DNA of 64,000 bases, from contig JAIVFI010000024.1 in NCBI GenBank assembly GCA_025558095.1, forward strand, positions 618,030 to 682,029. The letters run 5' to 3'. The translations under genes and the position numbers were made by a program. Positions 36,948 to 47,732 of the stretch are shown piece after piece. The first letter of the stretch is position 1; each line of letters begins with the position of its first letter. The stretch comes from Hyaloraphidium curvatum SAG 235-1 (lineage: Eukaryota; Fungi; Monoblepharomycota). The notes under the pieces are model-generated. The model saw nothing but the letters and a program-made list of their open reading frames with translations. It searched no databases and was not told the origin of the DNA.

Positions 36948-39041
36948 TCAATCGCCTTCCGCGCGACCGATGAGCGCCTGCCATCCTTCGAGCACCTCCG
37001 CCAGCTTCGCCCTGCTGATCGGCTTGCTCAGGTACCCGTCCATCCCGGCCCTGATGCACGTCTCCTCGTACCCGCCCACCGCGTTGGCCGTGCACGCGAC
37101 GATCGGCACCCTCCCCCTCCTCCCCTCCATCGCCCGAATCCTCGCCGCGGCCTCGAACCCATCCACATTGGGCATCTGGACGTCCATCAGCACGCCATCA
37201 TAGACGAAGGCGGCCGCCATCCGCGCGGCTTCTTCGCCGTCGCAGGCGACGTCGGCGCGGTGCCCGAGCCGGCGCAGCAGGCCGACGGCGACCTGCTGGT
37301 TGATCGCGTTGTCCTCGGCCACCAGAATGCGCAGCGCGCGGAGCGGAGGGGGCGGCGCGGGGCCGGTGGGCGAGATGGGGGAGATGGGGGTGGCGTCGGG
37401 TTCGGGCGCCTGGGGGAGCTGTAAGGGGGTGGGGGTACGGTCGCGGGCCACGATCGGGAGGCGGACCGAGAACCAGAAGGTGCTCCCGCGGCCGGGTTCG
37501 GAAGCGAACCCGATCTCCCCGCGCATCTGTTCCACCAGACGCCGGCAGATGGCCAGGCCCAGCCCGGATCCGCCGTACCGCCGTGCGATGGTGGCGTCGG
37601 CCTGGGTGAAGGTCGAAAAGAGCCGGGGCTGCGCGTCGGCGGGGATCCCGATCCCGGTGTCCGTCACCGAGAACCGCAGGAGGGCGCGATCGCCGTCCTT
37701 TTCCTCGGCCCGCGCTTCCAACCTGACAGATCCGCGCTCGGTGAACTTGATGGCGTTGCCCGCGAGGTTCAGCAGCACCTGTCTGAGCCGGCCCGAGTCG
37801 CCGATGTACGTGCCTTTGGCCGAGTCGGCGATGCTATGCCCGAAATCGAGCTGCTTCTCCGCGCTCCTGGGCTCCAGGATGTCCGTCACGCCATCCAGCA
37901 GGACCGCAAGCTCGAAGGGGCTCTCTTCCATCTGCAGCCGGCCAGTTTCCAGCTTGGAAATGTCCAAAATGTCGTTGACAACGGTCAGCAGGCTTTCCGC
38001 CGAGACGCGGATGGCGTTGGCGTAGCGCAGCTGGTCCGGCAGCAGCGGCGTATCCAAAAGCAGGCCCGTCATGCCCAGAATGCCCGCCATTGGGGTCCTT
38101 ATTTCGTGCGAGGTGGTCGTGAGGAACTCTGTCTTGGCGTGGTTCGCGGCCTCGGCGCGTTCGAGCGCGACCTGGAGCTCCCGGCGCGAGGCCTCGAGCT
38201 CCTTTGTCCGGGTTTCCAGCTCCCGCGTGCGTTCCCTCACGGCCTGGTCCAGGCGCTCGTTCTCAGAGGCAAAGAACTGCGCGTGGACGGCCTGCAAGAT
38301 ACTAGCAAAGGTGATGATGCCGATGATGACGCCGTCGCCATCGTGGACGCCCAAATGCCGGATCCCGCGTTCCAGCAAAATCCTCCGCGCCTCGTGGAGC
38401 GTGGTGTCGGCGGCCGTGCAGATCAGAGGCCGCGTGGCGAGGTCCCCGACCCGTTCGTTGCCGCGCCGTTCTGTGATGAAACGTAGGATATCGCGTTCGG
38501 TGATGATGCCGTAGCGGCCGTCCGCGCCCCTGGATATCGCCGAGTCGCAGCGCTCGTTGCGCATCCGCGCGGTGGTCTCCGCCAGAGAGGCCTCGGCGGG
38601 CAGCAGCAAGGGGCGGGCGGTTATGGCGGACCGAACGTCCCGCGACTTGAGCAGCCCCTCGATTCCGGCGGCCTGGACGAGGTCCGTCTGTCCGACAATG
38701 CCCACCCGTGTGCCGTTCGCGTCAACCACGAGGAAGTGCCGCACGCCGGCGGCCAGGAAGCGGGCGGCGAGCTCGGCCGTGGTGACGTCGGGGGGGATGG
38801 CGAGCACGGGCGCCGACATGAGCCGCTCGATGGGCGCCGCGAAGCTCTCGGGAGCAGAGAAGTCCGCCTTCAGGGCGTCTCGTTCGGTCCAGATGCCGAC
38901 GACCTCGCCGCCGCGCTCGACGAGCACCGAAGACACGCCGCGCTCGCGCATTAACCGCGCGGCCTCGGACATCGGCGTGTCGTGCGGGCACGCGAGGAAG
39001 TCGGTCTTCATGACCGCAGACACGAAAACGCTCGCCGCCAT
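36948..39041 (-). CDS. Intronless hybrid histidine kinase: 4 CBS domains, HisKA, HATPase and receiver
   Basis: CBS motifs ([21 protein letters not shown]). H-box [23 protein letters not shown] and GGSGLGL. Receiver AEDN, LMDVQMP and SKP. Confidence 0.93.
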   Translation of the reverse strand: MAASVFVSAVMKTDFLACPHDTPMSEAARLMRERGVSSVLVERGGEVVGIWTERDALKADFSAPESFAAPIERLMSAPVLAIPPDVTTAELAARFLAAGVRHFLVVDANGTRVGIVGQTDLVQAAGIEGLLKSRDVRSAITARPLLLPAEASLAETTARMRNERCDSAISRGADGRYGIITERDILRFITERRGNERVGDLATRPLICTAADTTLHEARRILLERGIRHLGVHDGDGVIIGIITFASILQAVHAQFFASENERLDQAVRERTRELETRTKELEASRRELQVALERAEAANHAKTEFLTTTSHEIRTPMAGILGMTGLLLDTPLLPDQLRYANAIRVSAESLLTVVNDILDISKLETGRLQMEESPFELAVLLDGVTDILEPRSAEKQLDFGHSIADSAKGTYIGDSGRLRQVLLNLAGNAIKFTERGSVRLEARAEEKDGDRALLRFSVTDTGIGIPADAQPRLFSTFTQADATIARRYGGSGLGLAICRRLVEQMRGEIGFASEPGRGSTFWFSVRLPIVARDRTPTPLQLPQAPEPDATPISPISPTGPAPPPPLRALRILVAEDNAINQQVAVGLLRRLGHRADVACDGEEAARMAAAFVYDGVLMDVQMPNVDGFEAAARIRAMEGRRGRVPIVACTANAVGGYEETCIRAGMDGYLSKPISRAKLAEVLEGWQALIGRAEGD

Positions 39042-39990
39042 GGCGGGCGGGGCGTCTCGGCGGCGCCGGTGCGGTCGCGGTTGAAGTTTGGGCTGGGGAT
39101 GACGCCGTCGGGCGGGGTCGGAGATGACCTCCGCCTCGCCGAAGGTTCGACACGTCAACACCCGAACTCGTTACGTGGACGGTGAGACTTGATCGACATT
39201 ATCTGTACGCCAATTTGCCTCGCACTGCCCTTGGATTCGGATTGTCCGAGTGAGCCGCCCGGTGACCGGTCGGCGGCGGGGGCCGCGGCGCCTGTCCCCG
39301 CCCCCGCCCGACCGAAAGTGACCGCACTGGCAATGTACGTCTGCCAAATAAAGTGAGTAGTTTTATTCGGCCGCGGGCTCGCTTGCTGGGCAGACGTTCC
39401 CAACGGCTTCCCCATTCGGGATGCCAGCCCGAGGCTGTTATCCCTTGGATCGTAAACGGCACTGGTGGCACCCCAGCTGCATGACACACTCGGACCTACT
39501 GGTGGTGCATGGCGCAAGGGGGGTCACATTGGGACCAAATCCGAAGACCGAGTTCCTCAGCAGATCGGCCGATCGAGGAAACAGTATCACCTATGGCCCA
39601 GCGCAAACTCTCTCGAGTTCAGGAAACCTTCTGTGGCGAAGCAACAGTCTCCTGGGGCCGCGGCACAATGGATTTAGTCCCCGACGCGGCGGGATCTCCA
39701 CGGCGGGATCTCCGCCAAGTGGGGATCCGGCGGAATGGCACGTTCCGAGCGCCGCGCGCACCCTGGACCGGGCGGTTTTAGGTCATGAAGCACATCCGAG
39801 CATGCATTGACCCCCATTGCGTCGCCTCATGCGCCACGGCATGTTTCGGAGGCAATTGTTTGAGTCACGCTGTGGGACACTTGCCACCCGATCCGACTGT
39901 GGCCGGTTGCGCCCTCGAACTCACTCACCCTCAAAACACACTCATCGTACAAGAATCCGCGCGGGAATTGAAGCGCGCAAACGCCCAGCA

Positions 39991-40727
39991 ATGAAGTCCC
40001 ACCACATCTTCCTCGCCGTCTTGGCGGTCGTCGCCGCCCTGGGCGCTCGGTCGGTGCCGCACGGGCACGGTTCCTTCGGGGCATCGTCTGACTCGACCTG
40101 CCCCGGACAGCGCGGCGGCGAGCCCCACGCCTTCTGTGCTCTTTGCCCGCAGCTGCGACGGTTGCCCTCAGACGTCTTTTTGGTGAGGAGGGGCTGGAGC
40201 TCGAGGTGACTTCGACAGCTGACGCGTGCAACATCCCCCCTGCTTCCTCGCCCTCTTCCTCCTTCCTCTTCTCTTCATCTTGTCACTTCTCCCCCTTCTC
40301 TGTTCGACCCGACAGCGAGTACGCCCACCCCGGTGCCGCCGAGGGCTCCGTTGCGTGCGTCGCCTATCAGAACGCCGGTGCACTCTACCGCCGCTACGCC
40401 GCCCCGGAGCAAGCCGACTGCCTTCTGCGTACCGGCCTGGTCGGCAAGAAGTACCAGAGCGGAAACCAGTGCGTCACCTTCACCGGCTCCGTCGGAGCGT
40501 TCCACGGCGACTTTGGACAGTGCTCCCCGCCCACGGTGATCTCCACCAGCGACTTCCCCGCCAGCGGCGGCACCCCGGGCGACTGCTTCGCCATGGTGAT
40601 CCCCGGCCAGGGCGGTGGGACCATGTACATCAAGTTCGGGACCAACTGCAACTCCATGGCCATGTATCAGAGCGTCGGATGTGCCGGGGGCGCCCAGCAG
40701 CTCACGTGCCTCAACCCGTTCCCGTGA
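39991..40727 (+). CDS. Small secreted cysteine-rich protein, multi-exon
   Basis: Signal peptide MKSHHIFLAVLAVVAALGA, about 10 Cys, and two predicted introns. Confidence 0.7.
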
Positions 40728-41387
40728 AGGAGGCGGGAGGCGCATGGACGGGTTGCAGAAGTAGAGGGCGCCGCTTTTCATGCAATAAAACCCGTTGGGA
40801 AATGCATGGGTAGTGAGATCCGGGGGGCTTTTGGGCCGGTGGTGGCGGACCCAGGGTGGAGCGCGCGCCCAACACCCTCCCCAAAACCGAAGGCTCCTGA
40901 CCTCCTCGGCGGCTCCCGGAGGCGGCGGGCACCACCGCGGTGACGGTGCGCGCGTTCCGGTGGCGGCGGCGGCGTGGCGCGGCACCGGGAGAGGGCGTGG
41001 TGGGGACCGCCCGGCGCGCTCCCCCGTCGGACCTCCCTCACGCGTTGCCCCCCCCCCCCTGGCGCCCTCCCGCGCAGGCACGGTCGACTGCGGTGGACTT
41101 GAACATGGCGGACGTGGAGGCGGACGGCGGCGGGAGGGCCGGAGGAGTGGGAGCACGGCGTGCATGCCGGGACCGCGGTACCTTCTCACGCCCGGCGCTC
41201 CCCGCGACAGGGTCGACGTGCAGGAGGCATTTGCAGACAAGGAGCGCGAGGAGGACGGGTACGAGGATCTGCCTCCCCTCGAGTACATCTCGGATGAGGA
41301 CGAGGAGGAGGGGAAGGAGGACGAGGAGGGCGGGGGCCATGGCACCACTCCCGAGCACACGGTTCGCCCCGTGCTCCACAAGGTCAG

Positions 41388-41530
41388 CTCATCGAGCACA
41401 CCGTGCGCACGTTTGGCGTGGACCGTTGCATCTGGGCGTCCAACTTCCCGGTGGACAAGGCCAACGGTGGCTTGGGCGAGATCGTGCGCGCCAATATTAT
41501 CGTGTTCAGGAGGGTGGCGTTGTCATATGA
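41388..41530 (+). pseudogene. Isolated C-terminal fragment of an amidohydrolase_2 (lactonase-like) gene
   Basis: LIEHTVRTFGVDRCIWASNFPVDK matches the FGxDRxxxxSNFPV motif. No upstream amidohydrolase sequence is present. Confidence 0.7.
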
Positions 41531-41531
41531 G

Positions 41532-41591
41532 GCGGGTGCGGCGGCGGAGGCTCGGCGGGATCAGCTCGCGGGCGGCGGCCACGCGATCTGC
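41532..41591. repeat. 60-bp direct copy of 42321-42380 (59/60 identical)
   Basis: Direct sequence comparison. Confidence 0.9.
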
Positions 41592-41630
41592 GATTTCCGA
41601 GCTTCATTTCTATGCACGATAGAGACTTGA

Positions 41631-43247
41631 TCAGCCGAAGCAGACCGCTCTGGCACTGCATGCGGCCAAGTAGCAGCACCCGCTCTCGCACTCGGGTCCG
41701 CTCGCGGAGCACCCGGCGCCCAACGGCTTCCCCGACGCGGGTGCCGGTCCGAAACAGATCTCCCTCGCCGAGCAGGTGGCCCGGTAGCAGCATCCGCTGG
41801 CGCACTCGGGCCCGCTGGCGGAACAGGTGGCACCCTGGGGCTTCCCCACCAGCGAGTCCGTGGCCCCCCCGAAGCACACCGCGTTGGCCGAGCAGGCGGC
41901 CCGGTAGCAGCACCCCGAAGCGCACTCTGGCCCGCTTGCGGAGCACGTTGCGCCGAGCGGCTTTCCGGTTCCCGTCGATGCGGGTCCGAAGCAGATGTCC
42001 CTGGCCGCACACGATGCCCGGTAGCAGCAACCCGACGCGCACTCGGGCCCGCTGGCGGAGCATGTCGCGCCCTGCGGCTTGCCGGTCAGCGAGTCCGTGG
42101 TGTCCCCGAAGCACACCTGGCTCGCGGTGCAAGAGGCCCGGTAGCAGCATCCGGATGCGCACTCCGGGCCACTTGCGGAGCAGGTCGCGCCGAGGGGCTT
42201 GCCGGATTCAACGGTTCCCGACCTCGCTGCGGCGATGACGATCTCGGCGATCCTCACGTGGTCGGATGCGGAGGGGTGCCAGCCGCATCCCGTGAGCTCG
42301 AGGTCCGAAAAGCTGGCCAAGCGGGTGCGGCCGCGGAGGCTCGGCGGGATCAGCTCGCGGGCGGCGGCCACGCGATCTGCATATTCCGGTCCGCTAAGGA
42401 AGATCGCCTGGGCCCGAGGATACCGGTCGAGTAGGGTCGCGGCGAATGATGCGTAAGTTGAGCGAAAGTCCGCCTCCAGTGAGGCCTGGTCAGGCCACCT
42501 TTCCCCCGCGTGGACCGGCGACTGAAAGTCGTTAAGCCCGAGCGAGACGATCACAAAGTCCGGGTCCCATCCGTCCCCGCCCTCGTCCAACCTGCTCCAG
42601 TCATCTGGGATTGAGCGCTGGTATATCTGAGGCATCTGCAGTCCGGGCATCTCGCCGTTCCAGTTCCTGGCGACGCCGATGCCGCTGTAAGCAATCACCC
42701 TCCAGTCCGCGTCCAGAATGTCGGCCGCAAGCTTAGGATATGCGATCGAGGTATCCGTCCTGTCGTGCACCTCCTGCGGCGAGCACTCGCGCACAGGCGA
42801 CCTACTTCCGTAGCCAACGGTGTAGCTGTCACCCACGAACTCCACTTGTCGAGGCCTCCATCCCGGCGGAGACAGCGGGCCGTCGGCAAAAAAGCCTCTG
42901 AAAACACCCCCACCGGCCTGCGTCTCGGTGAGCTTCTGCAGGCGCACGGTGTGCGGGCCAGGGCCGAGGTTTGGAAAGTCGAAACGGCCGGGCGCGGCGG
43001 GACGGCGGAGCACAGCACGTTCCGTCCCATCGATTGTGACTGTGTAGAAGTCGGTTGCAGATTCGACGGCGACGGTGAGAAAGTCGCCGAGGAAGCGGGC
43101 TTCGAAGTAGATGCCCGGCCAACCGAAGGCGAGGCCGCCAGGCACCGGCACCGTGCGGCCGCCGACCTTCACGGGGAGCTGGGCGGCTCCCGCCTTGCCG
43201 ACAAGCAGCATAGCCGCCGCAAGCAGAAGGGGAATGCCGAGCATCAT
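41631..43247 (-). CDS. Secreted SGNH/GDSL CE2-like carbohydrate esterase with five C-terminal 6-Cys repeats
   Basis: Signal peptide, FGWPG, VEFVGDSYTVGYG, AYSGIG, LGLND and GCGWHP. Five copies of GKPxGAxCSASGPECxSGCCYxAxC.....CFG. Intronless. Confidence 0.9.
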   Translation of the reverse strand: MMLGIPLLLAAAMLLVGKAGAAQLPVKVGGRTVPVPGGLAFGWPGIYFEARFLGDFLTVAVESATDFYTVTIDGTERAVLRRPAAPGRFDFPNLGPGPHTVRLQKLTETQAGGGVFRGFFADGPLSPPGWRPRQVEFVGDSYTVGYGSRSPVRECSPQEVHDRTDTSIAYPKLAADILDADWRVIAYSGIGVARNWNGEMPGLQMPQIYQRSIPDDWSRLDEGGDGWDPDFVIVSLGLNDFQSPVHAGERWPDQASLEADFRSTYASFAATLLDRYPRAQAIFLSGPEYADRVAAARELIPPSLRGRTRLASFSDLELTGCGWHPSASDHVRIAEIVIAAARSGTVESGKPLGATCSASGPECASGCCYRASCTASQVCFGDTTDSLTGKPQGATCSASGPECASGCCYRASCAARDICFGPASTGTGKPLGATCSASGPECASGCCYRAACSANAVCFGGATDSLVGKPQGATCSASGPECASGCCYRATCSAREICFGPAPASGKPLGAGCSASGPECESGCCYLAACSARAVCFG

Positions 43248-43587
43248 GGTGAGGATTCGGATTCGGGGCTTGGGGGACCGGCGCGAAGGAACAAATCCTC
43301 GGGTCCCAAGTCCCCAAGTGGCTGTGCTGATTCCGACTGACTCCACTTTCCGTTTGCTGGGGATGGGGTCGAAATGGAAGCAAACGCGCAAGAAAGGCAA
43401 CGGAAACGTCGGCTTGTCGAGCGAATGACGTCTGGAATCGGTGCACCGCAGACCTGCTTTGGCTTGCCGGTCAAGCCTTGTGCCAAGTCAACCTGGCGGC
43501 AGACACCAGCAGAACAAAATGGACAAAAGTACGGATGAATGCTATTAGATCGTGTGCAGATGGCACCAACAAGAGCAAGATCCACTC

Positions 43588-44591
43588 CTACAGCTTCGCC
43601 TTGGCGACGACGTCAGGGTTGAACGTGCGATACTCGCGGACCCAGCGTGCGATTCCGTCCACGAAGGAAGGGCGCCGCTGCCGCCATCCGAGGAGATTGG
43701 CGGCCTTGTGGGCGGGTGCGTACATGGCACGGGTGAGCATGGTCATGTTTGGCGGAGCGGGCGAGAAGGTGACGGCCGATTCTGTTTCGAGGGGCGAGAA
43801 TGAGCTAGTGGTGCACGAAGTGGACCAGCAGAACTACCTGGCAGACCAACGGCGCGAGCAATGGCGGCATAGCACGATCTACGACGCTCCGAGTTGAGGT
43901 TCGAGAGGTTGAAGGCCTGGCCTCGCACCACGTCCCCGTGCTGGGCAGCAAGAACGTAGCACTCGGCCAAATCGTCGACATGCACCGCCGAGACGGGTGC
44001 CTCGGGGTCGCCGTAGCCGGTGATCGTGCCCTTGAGCATCGCTTCGCGGATGAATCCGCCTAGCGGTCCTCCAGAGGCGCCGTAGACATAGCCCGGCCTG
44101 ATGACAATCCCGTTCACCTCGCCGTTAGCGAGGAGCTCCTTTTCGATCTCCCTGCGGCTAAGAATGCCAGGCCAGAGCCCTTGTCCGAGCTCGGACGTCT
44201 CCTCGACCGTGCGCTGAGCCAGTATGGTGTCCGCGTTGCCGAAGACCGCAAGGCCGCACGTGTAAATCAATGTTTTTCTGCCCGTGCCGACCTCCCTGGT
44301 CGTCTCGAGGGTGACGCGAAGGATCGCGTCAAACATGGCGCGGTGTTCCTCGGGCGGCGTCCTCGCGCTCCCGCTGCACATCACGACGCAGGAAGAGAGG
44401 GCTGCCGCGTGCCTCCATTTCGACACGTCCGTAACGGAGCAGATGATCGGGTTCCCCCCGGCCCGAGTGATTTCGTCCGCTTGCGAGTCGCGCCGTGCGA
44501 CGGCAAAGACCTCGTAACCCGCCGACGCAAAGGCCCGGACGACGGCCAGGCCGATGTAGCCCCCGGCTCCCAGGACGACGGCGTGCGGCAT
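43588..44591 (-). CDS. NAD(P)-dependent epimerase/dehydratase-like atypical SDR
   Basis: GAGGYIG, IRPGYVYG and VHVDDLAECY. One intron near 43782-43837, and a last exon KAANLLGWRQRRPSF. Confidence 0.88.
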
Positions 44592-44652
44592 CGTTAGCAC
44601 GGCAAGGAGGGAACGGGGAGACAGTCTCTGAGAGTGGTCTGTTCGCGCGCTT

Positions 44653-47180
44653 ATGAAGCCGTCATTGCAAATGGACCCCCCTGACACAGGGCAGGGGCCC
44701 AATGATGCGGCCGCTCCCGTGGTCCTGCCTGATGGCAAGGTCTCCCCTGCGCTCGCCGCGGCCTCCTCGGAGGCGCTTGCGAATCCCGTCCACTCTTCCC
44801 ACGCTCCCGGCGTCGCTGCCTCTCCTCGCCTCCCTGGCGCGGCAGAGGAGCCCGCGCCGGCCCCCGCTGGTGCTACGGCTCAGCTGAAAGGTTCTAAGGA
44901 GGACGCTGCTGAATCGACCACTGAAATCCGCCCCGCGTCCGCCAACGGCGGCGCCCGGGAGGAGCCGGCTCCGCAGAATCGTCTCCCGAAAGCAACCGCC
45001 CCCGCCACGCGCCTGGGGTCTCGCTCTTTCGCCGCAGCAACGTCGCGCACCTCGCCCGACCGCCCGATTGTTCGTGTCACGGACGGCGCGATGGCGGAGC
45101 ATCTGGCTTCTGCCATGCCTTTCTCGGCGCCCACCAACTACGCCAAGCTCATCGATCGGGTGCAACCGCACGCCAACGGTCGGGGCTACACGCCGGCCTT
45201 CATTGGGCCTGTCCCCCACTGCCTCATCGACCTCAACGGTGTGCCAAAGGACCGACGGCGCGTCGTCGCCGAAGCCGTGGCGAAGGCGACCTTCCCCACC
45301 ACCGTCTTCACGACCGAGACGCGAGGCTACAACCCGCGTTACTCGCGACTGGACCTCTTCTGTGTTGTTGGTGCTGTCGACGGGGCAGACGCTATCAACG
45401 CCTTGGTGGAGCAGGGGGTGCTGGAGGTCAAGTTCCCAAACGGCCCGACGCGTCGGCTGCGCATCCACCCTGTCTTCAAGGACACGCACGCCGAGCTCAA
45501 GATCGGGCCCATGATCGTCCCTGGTTCGGTGCACGAGTGCCCGGACTGGTGGGCCCGCCTCTACGCGACTTTCCAGAACCACTATGGGGCCCCTTGCCAA
45601 GTCATTGAAGCGGCTCCCATCTCGGGCACCGACAGCAACGCCTTCTGGCGGGTCACTTTCGACGTCTCGCAGTGCGGGGTTGATGCCTTCTTTGACCGCG
45701 CAGCACGCATTGGCCCACCCTCGTACTGCTTCCTTGACTCGTGGGGGACACTCCTCCAGCACAAGCTCCTTCGCCCAGCTGTCCGCTATGACAGTAGCAA
45801 CGGACAGTGCGGCCACTGCAAGCGCACGGGCGGCCACGTCGGTGACGATGCCACGTGCACCAACTGTGCTTACTGCCCAGACGGTCTCAACCGCATGAAT
45901 CCCGGCGCCTTTGCCAGCCCGCAAGCACGCCGTGCGCACGAGGCGGACTGCATTCACAACCCGGCCAACGTACGGCTCTCTCCCCCAACGGTGGAGCCCG
46001 CCACGACCCCGCGGCTGCCCCCCCTGAGGGAAGAGGTCGTTCCTCCGCATCTGGCTTCCCCCACCGCCCCTGCGGCCGACGAGTGGCTTACAGCTGGGCC
46101 GTCCGGCAAGCGCGCCGGCTCTGCGCCCCCAGCTCTTGCCCAGCCAGTGGCCAAGGCGTCCCACAACAGGTTTTCGGCACTCGGTGGTGGTGGTGCCGGT
46201 GCTTTGGTCGATTGGGGGGAGTCTGACGCCGCCGAAAAGATGGATTTCCATGGTCTTCCCATTTTGGAGCCGGCTGACAAGGATGGGGACGAGGACATGG
46301 GTGGTGCCGACCAGCTGGCCGCTGAGAACGCCATCAGCAGTGCTGCACAGCAGGTTGCAGCCAATACCGCGCTGGAGGATCTGGAGCTTGCTGCTCCCGC
46401 AATGGAGGGCACGGAATCTGCGATGGAGGAGGATGCCACCGGCTCTGAGGCCTCGGGTGGAAACGACGCCGCCTCCGAAGCCTCTGCTGAGGGCGATGGT
46501 TCGAACTCGGAGGCACCAAGCGAAGACATGCACACGGCCGATGAGGCCGCTGGGGCATCCGCGGTTGGTGATCCTACGATGGCCCCAGGCCCCAAGCACG
46601 CAGGCAAGGGCCGTCCCGTGGAGGATGTGGCAGGGACAAACCCGGACAAGGTTGCCAAGCCGTATCAGCAAATCGACGTCAAATCCGCCAAAGCGGAACG
46701 GAAGGCCAAGGCGGCCGTTCGCAAGCTCGGCTCCCCCCAGGCCAAGGCCGCCTCCACGTCAACCGGATCCCTGCTGCCGGCTCCTGGCTCACCGTCCTTG
46801 AATGCCTAAAACACCACCAAGCAAGTGGCAACGCCGAGTAGTGGGCTGCTCTTCTCGGCGCCGAGCTCGTCCGGATACCTCCCGGGCGCGGTCAGCCCCT
46901 CCATCTTTTGCTGTTTTGCAGTCTTCACCGGTACGCCAACTACCACTATCTACAACGTCTCACCGAGTTCCGAGGCCGTTCGCGGCAGCAGGGGAGACTT
47001 CCGACATTGACCCCGCGTCCCCCGGGGCCCCTCGGCCAAATGCCGTGCCTAGCTTGGCCGAGGGTCACACTCTGCCCACGCCGCCCCGCGGCTCCTCCCG
47101 CTTGCCGGCACCAGCGGGGGGGAAAGGGGCGGCATGCTCGGAAGTATCTCCCTCCTCGTCATCGCAGATCTTGATCGCTG
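44653..47180 (+). mobile_element. LINE-like non-LTR retrotransposon 5' part: ORF1 (44653-46809) and interrupted start of ORF2 (46802-47180)
   Basis: Intronless 718-aa ORF with RSFAAA, a globular core, zinc knuckles (CGHCKRTGGH...C, CAYC...H...C) and an acidic tail. An overlapping ATG at 46802 opens a frame ending ...QILIA at the CACTA junction. Confidence 0.65.
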
Positions 47181-47433
47181 CCCTATGAGAAATTTCCATG
47201 GGAAAGCCCTGGGAAACAAATGGGAAAACCCGTCCCGCATGGGACTTGCATGGGAAAAGTGCTTGGACATGGGAAATCACATGGGCTGGCATGGGAATAT
47301 TCCATGGGGAGCCTAACCCCTAAGTCCGGAGAATGGGATTGGCCATGGGAATAGTATGTACCAGGCCGTCCAGACCCAGGTGGTTAGGGCTTGGAAGCAC
47401 AGGACATGGGCTGGACATGGGACGCCTCATGGG
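47181..47433 (+). repeat. Putative TIR and subterminal repeat array, 11 x CATGGG plus variants
   Basis: Counted directly. All copies are in the same orientation. Confidence 0.85.
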
Positions 47434-47732
47434 ATCCCTGAGCGACAGTGCACGAACTCGAAGAGTATCGCCTTGTTCATGACGTTCACTCACTGGCATT
47501 ACCATCCTAGAGGGGCCGCAGGCTTCAGATGGATGCGCATTCAATCCGTTCGCCATCTCATTGACATCCGTTTTGAACTCGTTTGAAATCTGTTTCATAT
47601 CCTTTTTTAGTCCGTTTTCTATCCGCTCGGGCATCCTCGCCCGTCTGCATGGATCCGCTCGTCCGATCGCAAGGTGGCGATCAGCCGAGGTCCGAACCGT
47701 TTCTCGGGTCCCGGATCTTGCCCACCGTGACC

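Noticed and set aside
47312-47323. CCTAACCCCTAA telomere-like sequence
   Set aside because: Only two imperfect units, consistent with chance.
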